Source of the DNA: Brevibacterium luteolum
GTDB taxonomy: Bacteria > Actinomycetota > Actinomycetes > Actinomycetales > Brevibacteriaceae
Direction of reading: 5' to 3'
DNA: 64,000 nt
Assembly: GCF_013004595.1 (NCBI RefSeq)
Contig: NZ_JABEMC010000002.1
Location: 124,001-188,000 of the forward strand
How positions within the stretch are numbered: position 1 is the first letter of the stretch; the number at the start of each line of letters is the position of its first letter. The translations under genes were made by a program, and so were the position numbers. Shown here in pieces: positions 20,217-30,435 of the stretch. The notes under the pieces are model-generated. The model had not been told where the DNA came from, did not search any database, and saw only the letters and a program-made list of their open reading frames with translations.

Positions 20217-21650
20217 TCAGGCAGTGGCACCGAGCGGGGTGATCGTGTGCTCGATACCAAGCGCCTCCCATGCCACCCGCGCACACGAGCGCAGCCCGGC
20301 ATCGGCCTCGGCGACCGGCACGATCGGCCGGTCGAGGACGAGTTCAAGGATCTGGCGGATCCCGGGTGAAACGGTCAGTCCGCCGGTGACTGGCAGCGGA
20401 GCGTGAGGGTCAGTGCCGAGGGCAGCGCAGAGCCGTCCGAGGTTGGCGGCGATGCCGGCGGCCAGGCCGGCGTAGAGGTCGGCTGCGGTGGTGGCCGGCT
20501 GGATGCCGGTCAGCGCCCCGGTCGAGACCGCGGTCCCGAGTGCCGGGGTGCGCTCACCGGCGAGCGCGGGATCGCAGGTGAGACCCTGCCACCGGCCGGC
20601 TGCGAGCGCCTCGGTCAGCGCCGCCTCGGCAGCGGCGTGGGCAGCAGGCGCGTGCTCGTCTCCGGCGCTGATGCCGAGCAGCACGCGCCTGCCCCAGGTC
20701 AGGGTGGAGCCGGCGTTGACCATCGCGGCGATCGCCAGCGTCCCGGCCGGGTGGACGAGCCGGTGGAAGTCCGAGGTGGAGCCTGCAAGCGGGCGCGGGG
20801 TCTGCGGGTCGATGTGGGCGATCCAGCCGGAGGTGCCGAGGTAGGCGTAGGCGGCACCGGGTGTGCTGCCGATGATCCCGTCGCTTGCAGCCCCGGCATC
20901 GCCGAGACCGGTGACGACCGGGATGCCTGCGGCCTCCGGGCCGAACCCGAGGTGTCCGGCGGCTGCCGGGGTCAGCGTGCCGATGGTGCCTGGGTCGACG
21001 AGCTCGGGCAGGCGCCAGGCCGCTGCGGGGGATTCGGTGATTGGGCGCGGCAGCATCCAGGCATCGGCTGCCGCGTCGTAGAGCGACGTGGTCGAGGCGC
21101 TCAGCCGGTCGCAGGTGAGGCGCCCGGTGAGCTTCCATCCGAGGAACCCGGCCGCGCTGAGAGCCAGCGCGTCGATGTGAGCTTCTGGGTGGTGGCCGGT
21201 GAGCCAGGCGATCTTGGCCGGCAGGCAGTCCGGGCCCGGTGTGGTCAGCAGCCTGGCTTCCCAGTCGGCATCGGCTGCGCGCAGCTCGGCGAGTTCAGCG
21301 GTGGCGCGGGTGTCGGAGTAGAGGATGACCCGAAGCCCCTCCGCCCCTGCCGGGCTGGAGGTGATGGGCACGAGGTCCTGCATCTGGCCGGTGAGCGCAA
21401 TGGCAGCCGGCAGGCTCCCGTCTGCATCCAGGTGACCATCCGTGCGCAAGGCGCCCACCGCCTCGGCGACGGCCTGCCACCACTGGGCCGGCGACTGCTC
21501 GATCGCCCCGGTCAGCTGCCCATCCTCACCGCAGTGGCGGGTGTCGATCGCAGTCTGCGCGGAGGCGAGCGTGCGGCCGGTCGTGTCGATGAGCGCGGCC
21601 TTGAGGGTGCTGGTGCCGAGGTCGAGGCAGAGGACGTGCATGGTCGTCAC
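20217..21650 (-). CDS. FGGY-family carbohydrate kinase (xylulokinase-like)
   Basis: LDLGTSTLKA, TGQMQ, YSDTRA, GDAGA, YLGTSGW, GERTP. Confidence 0.85.
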   Translation of the reverse strand: MTTMHVLCLDLGTSTLKAALIDTTGRTLASAQTAIDTRHCGEDGQLTGAIEQSPAQWWQAVAEAVGALRTDGHLDADGSLPAAIALTGQMQDLVPITSSPAGAEGLRVILYSDTRATAELAELRAADADWEARLLTTPGPDCLPAKIAWLTGHHPEAHIDALALSAAGFLGWKLTGRLTCDRLSASTTSLYDAAADAWMLPRPITESPAAAWRLPELVDPGTIGTLTPAAAGHLGFGPEAAGIPVVTGLGDAGAASDGIIGSTPGAAYAYLGTSGWIAHIDPQTPRPLAGSTSDFHRLVHPAGTLAIAAMVNAGSTLTWGRRVLLGISAGDEHAPAAHAAAEAALTEALAAGRWQGLTCDPALAGERTPALGTAVSTGALTGIQPATTAADLYAGLAAGIAANLGRLCAALGTDPHAPLPVTGGLTVSPGIRQILELVLDRPIVPVAEADAGLRSCARVAWEALGIEHTITPLGATA

Positions 21651-21695
21651 TGTAGCTGCTGCGCAGGTCAGGGTGCCCTGCCGTAGACTCGGAGT

Positions 21696-22718
21696 GTGAC
21701 CCGGAAGAAGAACCTGTCTCCAGCGGCGTGGCGCTATGTGTGGGAGCGGACGATCATGTCGTTCGCCCGCAGCCGGCGCACCGATACGGCGGCGACGCTG
21801 TCGTTCTACTTCCTGCTCGCCCTGCTGCCAGCACTCACCGCGATCCTGTCGATCCTCAACGTCTTCGGCGAAGGCCCGGACACCGTGTCGAAGGTGCTGA
21901 ACTGGGCGCAGCAGGCCGGGGCCGGTGAGAACGTTACGCAGCTGGAGGAGCCGCTGCAGGATCTGGCGAAGTCACCGGCCGGTGGGCCGTTCTTCGTCGT
22001 CGGCATCCTCGTGGCGATGTGGTCGGCCTCGAAGTTCGTCAACGCCTTCGGCCATGCCGTCAACGAGATCTACGCGATGACCGAGGGCCGGCCGGCCTGG
22101 AAGCAGCGCCTGCAGACCTATCTCGTCACCATCGTCGTCATCCTGCTCACCGTCGCTGCGGTGCTCAGCCTGGTGAGCTCGCCGAGCATCATCCTGCCCT
22201 TCGGCCTCGGTGAGCAGTTCGTCGCTGTGTGGGCTTGGGTGCGGTTCCCGCTCGCGGCGATCTTCATCCTGCTCATCACCACGCTGCTCTACATCGCCAC
22301 GAGCAACGTCAAGCGCGCGCACGTCACACTGTCGTCCCTCGGTGCGCTCATCGCGCTGGTCGCCTGGGTGCTCTTGAGCGTTGGCATCTACCTCTACGCG
22401 GTCGTGTTCGGCGGGTTCGAGTCGACCTACGGTTCGCTGGCCGGCGTGCTCATCGCGCTGTTCTGGGTGTGGCTGTCGAATATGGCGCTGCTGTTCGGCG
22501 TGCACTTCGACGCCGAGGTCGAACGCGCCCGCCAGCTGCGCGACGGGATCCGCGCCGATGACGTCCTCCAGGTGCCCCCGCGTGACACCCGCCGGATCGT
22601 CTCCGATGCCCGGATCCAGGCCCGCATGCGCCGCAAGGCCCATGCCCTGTGGCGCAGTCGCGGAGAGACCGATGACGAGCCGGTAGCCGATCCCGAGGCG
22701 CCGCGGCCCCTGCCGTGA
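21696..22718 (+). CDS. YihY/BrkB-family membrane protein
   Basis: AATLSFYFLLAL, EGRPAWK, TYGSLAGVLIALFWVW; -10 TAGACT 6 nt before the GTG. Confidence 0.9.
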   Translation: MTRKKNLSPAAWRYVWERTIMSFARSRRTDTAATLSFYFLLALLPALTAILSILNVFGEGPDTVSKVLNWAQQAGAGENVTQLEEPLQDLAKSPAGGPFFVVGILVAMWSASKFVNAFGHAVNEIYAMTEGRPAWKQRLQTYLVTIVVILLTVAAVLSLVSSPSIILPFGLGEQFVAVWAWVRFPLAAIFILLITTLLYIATSNVKRAHVTLSSLGALIALVAWVLLSVGIYLYAVVFGGFESTYGSLAGVLIALFWVWLSNMALLFGVHFDAEVERARQLRDGIRADDVLQVPPRDTRRIVSDARIQARMRRKAHALWRSRGETDDEPVADPEAPRPLP

Positions 22719-22874
22719 CCGCGCGCAGGTGAGGACAGCTCATCCCACCTGGGAAATCGCATCGTGACAGCACGGCCTGCCGGTATATGATGTGGGTAAC
22801 AGCCTCAGCCAGTCATACCCGCCCGCGCGGGAGACAATGTGGCTTGCTGGAATCGACTCCCACAGGAGGGGATT

Positions 22875-23336
22875 ATGAAGAAGCGTCTGACTCTGCTCGT
22901 TGGAATTGGCATCGGTTTCGTTCTCGGTTCGCGCGCCGGCCGCCAGAGCTACGAGCGCCTCAAGACCCAGGTCGAAGAATTCTGGCAGAACCCACGCGTC
23001 CAGGAGGGCGTCCAGCAGGCAACCGACACCGTCAAGGAGAAGGCCCCCGAGGTCGCCGAGATGGTCAAGGACAAGGCTCCTGAGGTTGCCGGCAAGGTCC
23101 AGTCCGCCGCCACCTCGGCTGCGGGTGCCGCACAGGCCAAGGCCGACGACGTGAAGTCGAATGTGCAGCAGAAGAAGGCTGAGAAGGATGCCCAGAAAGC
23201 AGCCGACAAGGCTTCGTCGCAGGCTGAGAAGGATGCGAAGAACGCCGGCGCTGTCGAGGATCCGGTCGTTCTCAACGACGCGGTCGCCGATCCGTCGCAG
23301 GATCCGCTGTCTGAGGGCGGCAACCCGAAGCGCTGA
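22875..23336 (+). CDS. YtxH-like membrane-anchored stress protein
   Basis: GIGIGFVLGSRAGRQSYE followed by Lys/Ala helical repeats (VKEKAPEVA twice); RBS GGAGG. Confidence 0.75.
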   Translation: MKKRLTLLVGIGIGFVLGSRAGRQSYERLKTQVEEFWQNPRVQEGVQQATDTVKEKAPEVAEMVKDKAPEVAGKVQSAATSAAGAAQAKADDVKSNVQQKKAEKDAQKAADKASSQAEKDAKNAGAVEDPVVLNDAVADPSQDPLSEGGNPKR

Positions 23337-23364
23337 TTCCTGACTCGACACTCCAGCTGTAGTG

Positions 23365-23394
23365 AATGCGCGCCGGCAGATGCCGGCGCGCATT
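23365..23394 (+). terminator. Stem-loop after the YtxH-like gene
   Basis: AATGCGCGCCGGCA-GA-TGCCGGCGCGCATT. Confidence 0.8.
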
Positions 23395-23526
23395 TGCGTT
23401 GCCTGGGGTGGGCGCTGGCTGGGTGGCTGCCGACAAGGGCCGGTCGTTGCCCGAGTCGGCTACTCTCTGGGGCCGGCCCAATGGCGGGCGGCTGGGCCCG
23501 GCAGAAGCTGGCCTCACGCGCCGAGC

Positions 23527-23636
23527 GCGTTCAGTGCAAAATCCGCGCTCGTCGATATTGCACTCAACGACTATGAATCGGGGGTTTGATAGTCGCTGAC
23601 TGCAAAAATCAGACGTCTCGATATTGCACTGAACGC
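23527..23636. repeat. 110-bp four-armed palindromic element (REP/BIME- or MITE-like)
   Basis: Terminal inverted repeats GCGTTCAGTGCAAAATC / GATATTGCACTGAACGC plus two internal related arms. Confidence 0.75.
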
Positions 23637-23701
23637 ACACACTGCCGGAAAGCTGGCGTCTAGAGCCGGCCCTGCCCCCAGCCCCAGCTCGCACCCGCCC
23701 C

Positions 23702-25189
23702 TTACAGCAGCGAGCTCGTCAGCCGGCAGACGTTTTCCAAGTACTTCTGTCCCAACGAGCGCTCCATCCACTCCCGCCGGTCGACCTTGACGCTGTTGGT
23801 TCGGTAGTCGGCAGCCTCGAGGTCGTACATCGCCTGCGTGAAGTCGCGGTCGACGATGAACATCGAGACCTCGAGATTCATCGCAAAGGACCTGGCGTCC
23901 ATGTTCGACGAACCGATGATCGTGACCTCGTCGTCGATGAGCAGGAACTTCGAGTGCAGCACGGTCGGCTCGTGGTACTGGAAGATCTGCACGCCGGCGT
24001 CGAGCAGGTCGGCGTAGTAGGACTCCTGTGCCTTCTGCGCCACCCAGTGATCGCTGGTGGCCCCGACGTAGATGCGCACGTCGACCCCGGAGTGGGCCTC
24101 GGTGACGAGCGCGTGCATGAGCGACTCATCGGGTACGAAGTACGGCGAGCAGATGACGATCTGCTCATTGGCGTTGTAGATGAGGTGGTTGAACAGCCGC
24201 AGGTTGTTCTCCAGGTCGAAGCCCGGGCCGCTGGGCACCACCTGAGCCATCGCCCCGCCCTCGTGGACTGGGTCGAGTTCGGTGTCGAACTCCTCGAACA
24301 GGATGACCTCAGTCTCGGAGTACCAGTCGGAGGCGAACACGGCGTTGAGCTCGGCGACGATCGGGCCGGTGCAGCGCACTGACAGGTCCTTCCACTGGAA
24401 TCCCTTGCGCAGGTTCGTGCGCTTGTTGTACGAGCGGTGGATGACGTTCTGGCTGCCGGTGTAGGCGATCTCACCGTCGATGACGAGGATCTTGCGGTGG
24501 TTGCGCAGGTCCGGGCGCTGGTATTCGCCCTTCCACGGCCGCAGCGGCAGGCTGCGCCGCCACGGCACTCCCGAGGCGTCGAGCTCCTTGACGAGATCGG
24601 AGTAGCCGGGGTAGCCGAGCGAGCCGACGTGGTCGATGAGGATACGCACCGTCACCCCGCGCGCATGGGCGCGCAGCAGCGCATCGAGCAGCGGGCGGGA
24701 GGCGTCGTCGATGGCGACGATGTAGAACTCGAAGTGCACGTACTTCTGGGCCTGGTCGACCTCGCGGGCCATATCGAGCATGCACTGGTGGTTGTCGCCT
24801 TCGAGGGTGAACTCATTGCCGTGGACCATCGGCAGGGCACCGAGCGAGTAGTTCAGCTGGGCAGCCGTTGACAGCGGCTCGGGCAGGTGGTCGTCGCGGC
24901 CGAGGATCGACTGGCCGCCGGTCTCATGCTTGATGAGCCGGTTGATCTCCGTCTGCATCTCCCGGCGCTTGCGCGGCAGCTTCGAGGATCCGAACATCCA
25001 GAATGCCAGCAGCCCGATATAGGGGATGAGGAAGATCGCCAGCAGCCAGCCGAGGGCCACCGAGGGCTTGCGGCGGTAGGGGATCGCACCCAGCGCAACG
25101 ACGCGGATGACGAAGTCGACGGTGATGAGCGCGATGGTCACCCACAGCGGCCATCCCGGTTCGAAGGGGATGAAGGTGAAGAAGTTCAC
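23702..25189 (-). CDS. cls: Cardiolipin synthase
   Basis: Two HKD motifs (NHRKILVIDG, LHSKFLLIDD), N-terminal TM pair, GSSNMDARSF. Confidence 0.93.
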   Translation of the reverse strand: MNFFTFIPFEPGWPLWVTIALITVDFVIRVVALGAIPYRRKPSVALGWLLAIFLIPYIGLLAFWMFGSSKLPRKRREMQTEINRLIKHETGGQSILGRDDHLPEPLSTAAQLNYSLGALPMVHGNEFTLEGDNHQCMLDMAREVDQAQKYVHFEFYIVAIDDASRPLLDALLRAHARGVTVRILIDHVGSLGYPGYSDLVKELDASGVPWRRSLPLRPWKGEYQRPDLRNHRKILVIDGEIAYTGSQNVIHRSYNKRTNLRKGFQWKDLSVRCTGPIVAELNAVFASDWYSETEVILFEEFDTELDPVHEGGAMAQVVPSGPGFDLENNLRLFNHLIYNANEQIVICSPYFVPDESLMHALVTEAHSGVDVRIYVGATSDHWVAQKAQESYYADLLDAGVQIFQYHEPTVLHSKFLLIDDEVTIIGSSNMDARSFAMNLEVSMFIVDRDFTQAMYDLEAADYRTNSVKVDRREWMERSLGQKYLENVCRLTSSLL

Positions 25190-25274
25190 CGCTCCATCCT
25201 ACTGGCCGCCACTGCAGCCGCGCTGGCGCGTCCGGCCCCGTGACGGCGGTCCCGTTCCCGAGGCGGTGCTCGTC

Positions 25275-26912
25275 TTAGTGCCGATGGCCGGCGATCCGGG
25301 CGGCCCACACCTCGGGTTCGGGCAGGGCGGCCCGGTTGAGGGAGTCGTTGCCGATCGTCCAGTCCTCTGTCGCCCGGCCGATCGCCGAGAGGCCGGGCAC
25401 CGGCTGGCCGTCGGCGCCGACAAGCTGGAGGGAACCGGTGACCTGGATGCCGCGCTGGACGGCCGGCTTGGCGACGATCCCCTCGGCGATGAGCGAGTCG
25501 ATGACCTCAGTGCGGGCATGCACGGCACCCGGCGGGGCAAGCACGGCGAGCACATGCAGGTCCGGGTGGCCGAACATGTGCGCGTCCTTCTCCCCCGGGC
25601 CCGGGCTCATCATCTCCAGGTCGATGACTCCGGCGCGGATGAGGGCGAGCAGCTTCTCGGCGTTCACCAGCGGCGGGCCCTCGGCAAAGCGCACGAGCTT
25701 CGTGCTCAGCGCCAGGAACTCCTCCCACTGCTGAGGATCGTGGGCGCGGAAGGACAGCACCTGGCGGATGCGGGGCAGCAGGCCCGTCCAGGCCTGGCCG
25801 AGAGCGCACTCGGCATCGGGGGCCTGCAGCCCGCGGGCGATGAGCACCGAACGCTCCAAGGCGGCCTTCGCCGAGGTCGCCAGACCCGGACCCCAGCCGG
25901 ACTCGGCGGTCTCGTCGACCGCAGCGACCACCTCGGCGCTGGCAGGCTCCTGCCAGGCACCGGCCCGGCCGCTGAGGATGTCGGCAGCCAGGTGGCGCAG
26001 CGCGGCAGCGACATCGCGGGGGCTCGCGTCCTCGGCGAGTGCGGCGGCGTGGTGGCCGGTGAGCTCGTCGAGGTCGGCCTGCTGCTGGCCGCCGTCGGCG
26101 GGGATGTAGATGCTCGGCGGTTTGGCGTTGTAGAAGCGGCCGGACAGGCAGGTCGGCAGCAGCACCGGCTCTGCTCCGCAGGCGCGGTAGATGACATCGC
26201 CGGTGACGACGTTGCGCTCGAAGTGCCCGCAGCGGTTCTCGGTGACCATGAGCGCGAAGTCGATGAACGTCAGCGCCGCCCCGCTGGTGAGCACCCGCTG
26301 ACCGGGTGAGATGCGGGCGACGGTCGAGTAGTCGTCGTGGCTGAGCGTGCCGGTCTCATCGTGGACCTCGCGGGTGGTCAGCGCCCGGCTGTGGCGGCGG
26401 GCGTGGCCGGTGGCCAGCAGCACCTCGTCATACGGTTCCCGTACCTCGGGCCCGGCGTGGACCTGCCAGCCGTCACCGGCACGGCACAGGCGGCGCACCC
26501 GTGCGGGCACGACGGTGACGGTCATCGTTTCGGGCAGCTCGGCGATGACGGTCTCGAACGCCCAGGCAAGGTAGGCGCCGACGGCCGCGCGCGGCGGGAA
26601 CGGGTCGAGGCGGTGTTTGGAGGCGTGGGCCTCAGCCCAGGCGGAGAAGGACTTGCGGGCCTTGCTGGCGGCACTGCGGGAGGCTGGCCAGACGCTGACG
26701 ATCGCCGAGGTGACGTTGAGGACGAAGCAGCTGGGCTGGTCGGTGCGCCAGATGCGCCCGGCACCTGGGGTGTCCTGTTCGTAGATGTCGACGTGGAGGT
26801 GCGGCCGGTCGGCAACCGGGTGATCGCGCACAGCTGCCGACAGGCTTTCCAGGGCGAAAAGACCCTTGGGGCCTCCGCCGACGATCGCGACTCTCAGTGC
26901 TGTGGAGTTCAC
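25275..26912 (-). CDS. FAD/NAD(P)-binding oxidoreductase of unknown function
   Basis: VAIVGGGPKG, PGAGRIW, FPPRA, DEVLLATGH, GAALTFID. Confidence 0.8.
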   Translation of the reverse strand: MNSTALRVAIVGGGPKGLFALESLSAAVRDHPVADRPHLHVDIYEQDTPGAGRIWRTDQPSCFVLNVTSAIVSVWPASRSAASKARKSFSAWAEAHASKHRLDPFPPRAAVGAYLAWAFETVIAELPETMTVTVVPARVRRLCRAGDGWQVHAGPEVREPYDEVLLATGHARRHSRALTTREVHDETGTLSHDDYSTVARISPGQRVLTSGAALTFIDFALMVTENRCGHFERNVVTGDVIYRACGAEPVLLPTCLSGRFYNAKPPSIYIPADGGQQQADLDELTGHHAAALAEDASPRDVAAALRHLAADILSGRAGAWQEPASAEVVAAVDETAESGWGPGLATSAKAALERSVLIARGLQAPDAECALGQAWTGLLPRIRQVLSFRAHDPQQWEEFLALSTKLVRFAEGPPLVNAEKLLALIRAGVIDLEMMSPGPGEKDAHMFGHPDLHVLAVLAPPGAVHARTEVIDSLIAEGIVAKPAVQRGIQVTGSLQLVGADGQPVPGLSAIGRATEDWTIGNDSLNRAALPEPEVWAARIAGHRH

Positions 26913-27139
26913 GGGTCTCTCGCAATCTGCGTTGCGGCGCTCCGGCCGGCGCAGACCGGGCGCTCAAGTGTCAGCTGGTGAACGAGCTGCTGCACTCCTG
27001 AGGCTACAGGCGTCGGCTGACAAAGACATGAGCGTGAGACGAACGAGCGGCGACGCTGAGGACGCAGCTGCGCGCGCATCGGCCCGCAGAAGCCGGATGC
27101 GGACTGGGCTTCCATGCCGCCGGCACCCGATGGAGAATT

Positions 27140-27171
27140 GAAGCCAGACGTGTGGGAAGCCAGACGTGTGG
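27140..27171. repeat. Perfect 16-bp tandem duplication just before the antitoxin RBS
   Basis: GAAGCCAGACGTGTGG twice. Confidence 0.85.
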
Positions 27172-27183
27172 AAGGAGGAAACC

Positions 27184-27426
27184 GTGCCCGCGATCTCGGA
27201 TCAGGATTTCAGCGCAGACGTCCGCGCTGCGATGCGTGCTGCAGGACTCGAGCCGGTCACGGTGACCGATGACGGCAGGCCGGCTTACGCCCTGCTCAGC
27301 ATTGACGACTACCGGCGTCTGACGCGGCAGAGCAGTGAGTCGTTCCTTGCCGCAATGAGCATGGACGACCACGCTACCATCGACTTCCAGCGGCCTGACT
27401 CCACACCGCGGGACCCTGGATTCTGA
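27184..27426 (+). CDS. Phd/YefM-type antitoxin, orphan (no adjacent toxin)
   Basis: PVTVTDDGRPAYALLSIDDYRRL resembles the Phd core; RBS AAGGAGG. Confidence 0.75.
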   Translation: MPAISDQDFSADVRAAMRAAGLEPVTVTDDGRPAYALLSIDDYRRLTRQSSESFLAAMSMDDHATIDFQRPDSTPRDPGF

Positions 27427-27430
27427 CGCC

Positions 27431-28513
27431 TTACCCTGCGGCGTGCTGGGCTTGGACGGCGGTGACGGCGACGGTCGTGACGATGTCCTCGACCGTGCAG
27501 CCGCGCGAGAGGTCGTTGACCGCCTTCGCCAACCCCTGCAGAACCGGGCCGACGGCGACGGCGCCGGAGGACTGCTGGACGGCCTTGTAGGTAATGTTGC
27601 CGGCTTCCAGGCTGGGGAAGATGAGCACATTGGCCCGGCCTGCGACCTCGTCGCCGGGCAGCTTCTGCGCGGCGATGTCGGGGTGGACGGCGGCGTCGTA
27701 CTGGATCGGCCCGACGACCGGCAGGTCCGGGTGGGCCCGGCGCACCGCAGCGGTCGCCTCGCTCACGGCGTCGACGGCCTCGCCCGCGCCCGAGGCGCCG
27801 GTCGCGTAGCTGAGCATCGCCACCTTGGGCTCGAGGCCGAAGCTGCGTGCGGTGGCCGCCGATTCGGCGGCGATCTCAGCCAGCTGATCCGGGCCGGGCT
27901 GCGGGTTGACGGCGCAGTCGCCGAACACGAGCGCGCCGTGGCCGAAGAGCATGAGGAACACCGAGGACACTGAGGCGACCCCTTCGCGGGTGCCGATGAC
28001 CTCGAGTGCCGGGCGGATCGTCTCGGCGGTCGTGTGCCGGGCGCCGGAGACGAAGCCGTCGGCGTGGCCGAGTTCGACGAGCATCGTCGCGGCATAGGCC
28101 GGGGCGGCAACGCGTTCGGCGGCTTCGGCTTCGCTGATGCCCTTGTGCTTGCGCGCTGCGTAGTAGCCGGCGGCCAGTTCGCCTGCCAGCTCCTGGTTGT
28201 CTGCCGCAGACAGGTCGAGGGTGCGCACGCGGTCGAGGTCGAGGGCGAGGTCGTGTTCGCCGGCCAGTGCCGCGATCGCCTCGCGCTCACCGAGGATCGT
28301 GAGGTCGCAGAAGTCGCGCTTGGCGATCCGTGCGGCAGCGGTGAGCACGCGCACATCGTCGCCTTCGGGCAGGATGATGTGCTTGGGGTTCGCGGCCGCC
28401 TGATCGATGAGACCGGCGAGGAACCGCTCGGGGAAGTCACCAGGCGAGGCGGCTGGGCTGGTCTCCGGGGCCGAGGCCGTGGCGACGGTCGGCTGGGGTG
28501 GTGCGGTGGTCAT
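27431..28513 (-). CDS. pta: Phosphate acetyltransferase
   Basis: IILPEGDD, ADGFVSGA, FGDCAVNP, GPIQYDAA, GNITYKAVQ, NDLSRG. Confidence 0.93.
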   Translation of the reverse strand: MTTAPPQPTVATASAPETSPAASPGDFPERFLAGLIDQAAANPKHIILPEGDDVRVLTAAARIAKRDFCDLTILGEREAIAALAGEHDLALDLDRVRTLDLSAADNQELAGELAAGYYAARKHKGISEAEAAERVAAPAYAATMLVELGHADGFVSGARHTTAETIRPALEVIGTREGVASVSSVFLMLFGHGALVFGDCAVNPQPGPDQLAEIAAESAATARSFGLEPKVAMLSYATGASGAGEAVDAVSEATAAVRRAHPDLPVVGPIQYDAAVHPDIAAQKLPGDEVAGRANVLIFPSLEAGNITYKAVQQSSGAVAVGPVLQGLAKAVNDLSRGCTVEDIVTTVAVTAVQAQHAAG

Positions 28514-28653
28514 AATGGCCGGCTCCCTTCGGATGTTTTCGGGCGCACTCGGGGCACCGACCGGCCGGGATGACTCCCGGCCGATCGTGCCGTGCGGTTG
28601 TGGTGGTGTGCTGTGTTGCGGTTGTGGGCGGGTGGCTCAGCTGTCCGGGTGGC

Positions 28654-30261
28654 TCAGCTGGCCGTCGTGCTGGACGGGCGGCGCAGGAACTCCGGACGCG
28701 GCCCGCCGAGCACGGCCTCGTCGACGTAGTGGTCGCTGAGGGTGCGGTTGTGGCTGCGGCGCAGGAGGTAGAACACGACGCCGACGAGGATCCAGATGCC
28801 CATCGCGATCATCGACGGCAGCGTCAGCTGGGCCGGTGAGCCGGGCACGAGCAGCAGCAGGCAGAAGGCGATCGCGACGACGACGCCGGCGGCGGCCATG
28901 ATCTTGCGCGGGGTCGACCGGGCGCCTTCGACATCGGCGTGGTCCTCCTGGTGCGACCAGCGGAAGAGTTTGAAGGCGCACGCACACGTGTAGAGGAACG
29001 CGAAGGTGAAGCCGATCGAGGCCATGTCGACGATCCAGCTGAGCGCGGTGCGCCCGAACCACGGGGCGACGAGGCAGAAGGCCATGACGAAGAAGATGCC
29101 GATGTGCGGGGTGCCGTGTTTGCGGTGCACGCGGGAGAACACGGCCGGGATCATCTCGGCACGCCCCATCGCCAGCAGCACGCGGGAGCCGGAGACGAAG
29201 AAGCCGTTGAGGCCGGTGAAGATGCCCATCGAGGCGGCGATGACGAGCAGCACGAGGCCGAACACGCCCATCGAGGCCATGATCGCGTCAGCGGTCGCCC
29301 ACACGCGGTCGGTGCCCATGAGGTCCTGCCACGGGTAGGCCGAGGCGGTCGCGAGGATCATCGCGCAGTACAGGCCGGTGGCAGCCAGCAGCGACCAGAC
29401 GATGAGGCTGAAGGCCTTCTTGGCCGGGAAGTCAAACTCCTCTGCCGCCTGCGGGATGTTGTCGAAGCCGATGTAGGCCCAGGGGGCGATCGCGACGATG
29501 GCCATGATGCCGGCCAGCGGGTTGATGTCGGGGTGGAAGACCGGCTCGGCATTCGACAGCTGCCCGGCCGGGGAGACGATGACGCCGATAAGGACGATGA
29601 TGACGGCCGAGACCATGATGACGCAGAAGATGAACTGCGCGCGGCCGGAGAAGCTGGCGCCGGTGATGTTGATGAACGCGAAGACGACGAGAGCGACGGT
29701 GGCGATCATCACCTCACCGAAGTACACATCCCAGCCGGCGACGTTGTAGAGGTAGCCGAGTTCGGCGACCTGTGGGAACACGCGCCTGCCGAGCAGGGCA
29801 AGCGCGGAGGCGTTGAGGGCGACGATCGAGGTGTAGCCCAGGGTCATGAACCACGCGCAGATGAAGGCGTGTGTGCGCCCGAAGCCCACGAGCGTGTAGG
29901 CGAAGGCGCCGCCGGAGACGGGGAAGGTGCGGGCGAGGAAGCCGTAGCTGACGCCGACGAGGATCATGAGCCCGCCGCCGATCGCCAGGCCGAGCAGCGC
30001 ACCCATCGGGCCGGCTGCGGCCATCCAGTCCGTCGGCAGCACGAAGGCGCCCCAGCCGACAGCTGAGCCGAGGGCGATCGCCCACACCCAGTGCGGTTTG
30101 AGGTTCTTCTGCAGGCGGGTAATCTCGCCGGTCTCGGTGGGGCCTGCGAGGTTGGCGGCGGTGTCAGCGCCGGTGGCCGGGGCCTGTCCGTGCGTCGTTG
30201 CAGCGGAGGCGCCGGGGCCGGTCGCTCGGGTGGTGCTCATATTCGGGTCGCGGGCAGTCAT
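28654..30261 (-). CDS. APC-family amino acid permease, putative taurine transporter
   Basis: GSAVGWGAF, FPVSGG, YIGFD, ~12 TM; lies between tpa and pta with a MocR-type box upstream. Confidence 0.85.
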   Translation of the reverse strand: MTARDPNMSTTRATGPGASAATTHGQAPATGADTAANLAGPTETGEITRLQKNLKPHWVWAIALGSAVGWGAFVLPTDWMAAAGPMGALLGLAIGGGLMILVGVSYGFLARTFPVSGGAFAYTLVGFGRTHAFICAWFMTLGYTSIVALNASALALLGRRVFPQVAELGYLYNVAGWDVYFGEVMIATVALVVFAFINITGASFSGRAQFIFCVIMVSAVIIVLIGVIVSPAGQLSNAEPVFHPDINPLAGIMAIVAIAPWAYIGFDNIPQAAEEFDFPAKKAFSLIVWSLLAATGLYCAMILATASAYPWQDLMGTDRVWATADAIMASMGVFGLVLLVIAASMGIFTGLNGFFVSGSRVLLAMGRAEMIPAVFSRVHRKHGTPHIGIFFVMAFCLVAPWFGRTALSWIVDMASIGFTFAFLYTCACAFKLFRWSHQEDHADVEGARSTPRKIMAAAGVVVAIAFCLLLLVPGSPAQLTLPSMIAMGIWILVGVVFYLLRRSHNRTLSDHYVDEAVLGGPRPEFLRRPSSTTAS

Positions 30262-30375
30262 GCAGGCGACCTCCTTCCGTATCCATGGGGTGATGTCGGA
30301 TGCGCGTCTCGGCTGCTTCCCAGCCTGCCGGTTCGCACCCTCATCACCTATGTGATGTGCATCACTGCATCGGCT

Positions 30376-30435
30376 ACATTACCGACACCTGTCGCCGGGC
30401 CTCAGTGCCAGACGGCGACCATTCGCTGGGTCCAC
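30376..30435 (-). promoter_or_regulatory. TauR-like (MocR) operator plus -10 of the APC permease
   Basis: Minus strand GTGGACCCAGC-N13-CTGGCACT (30435-30404), -10 TAATGT (30381-30376); CRP-like TGTGA-N6-TCACT at 30351-30366. Confidence 0.7.

Noticed and set aside
21684..21698. Leaderless promoters (-10 box 6 nt before the start at 5961, 21696 and 25189)
   Set aside because: Probably real but routine in actinobacteria
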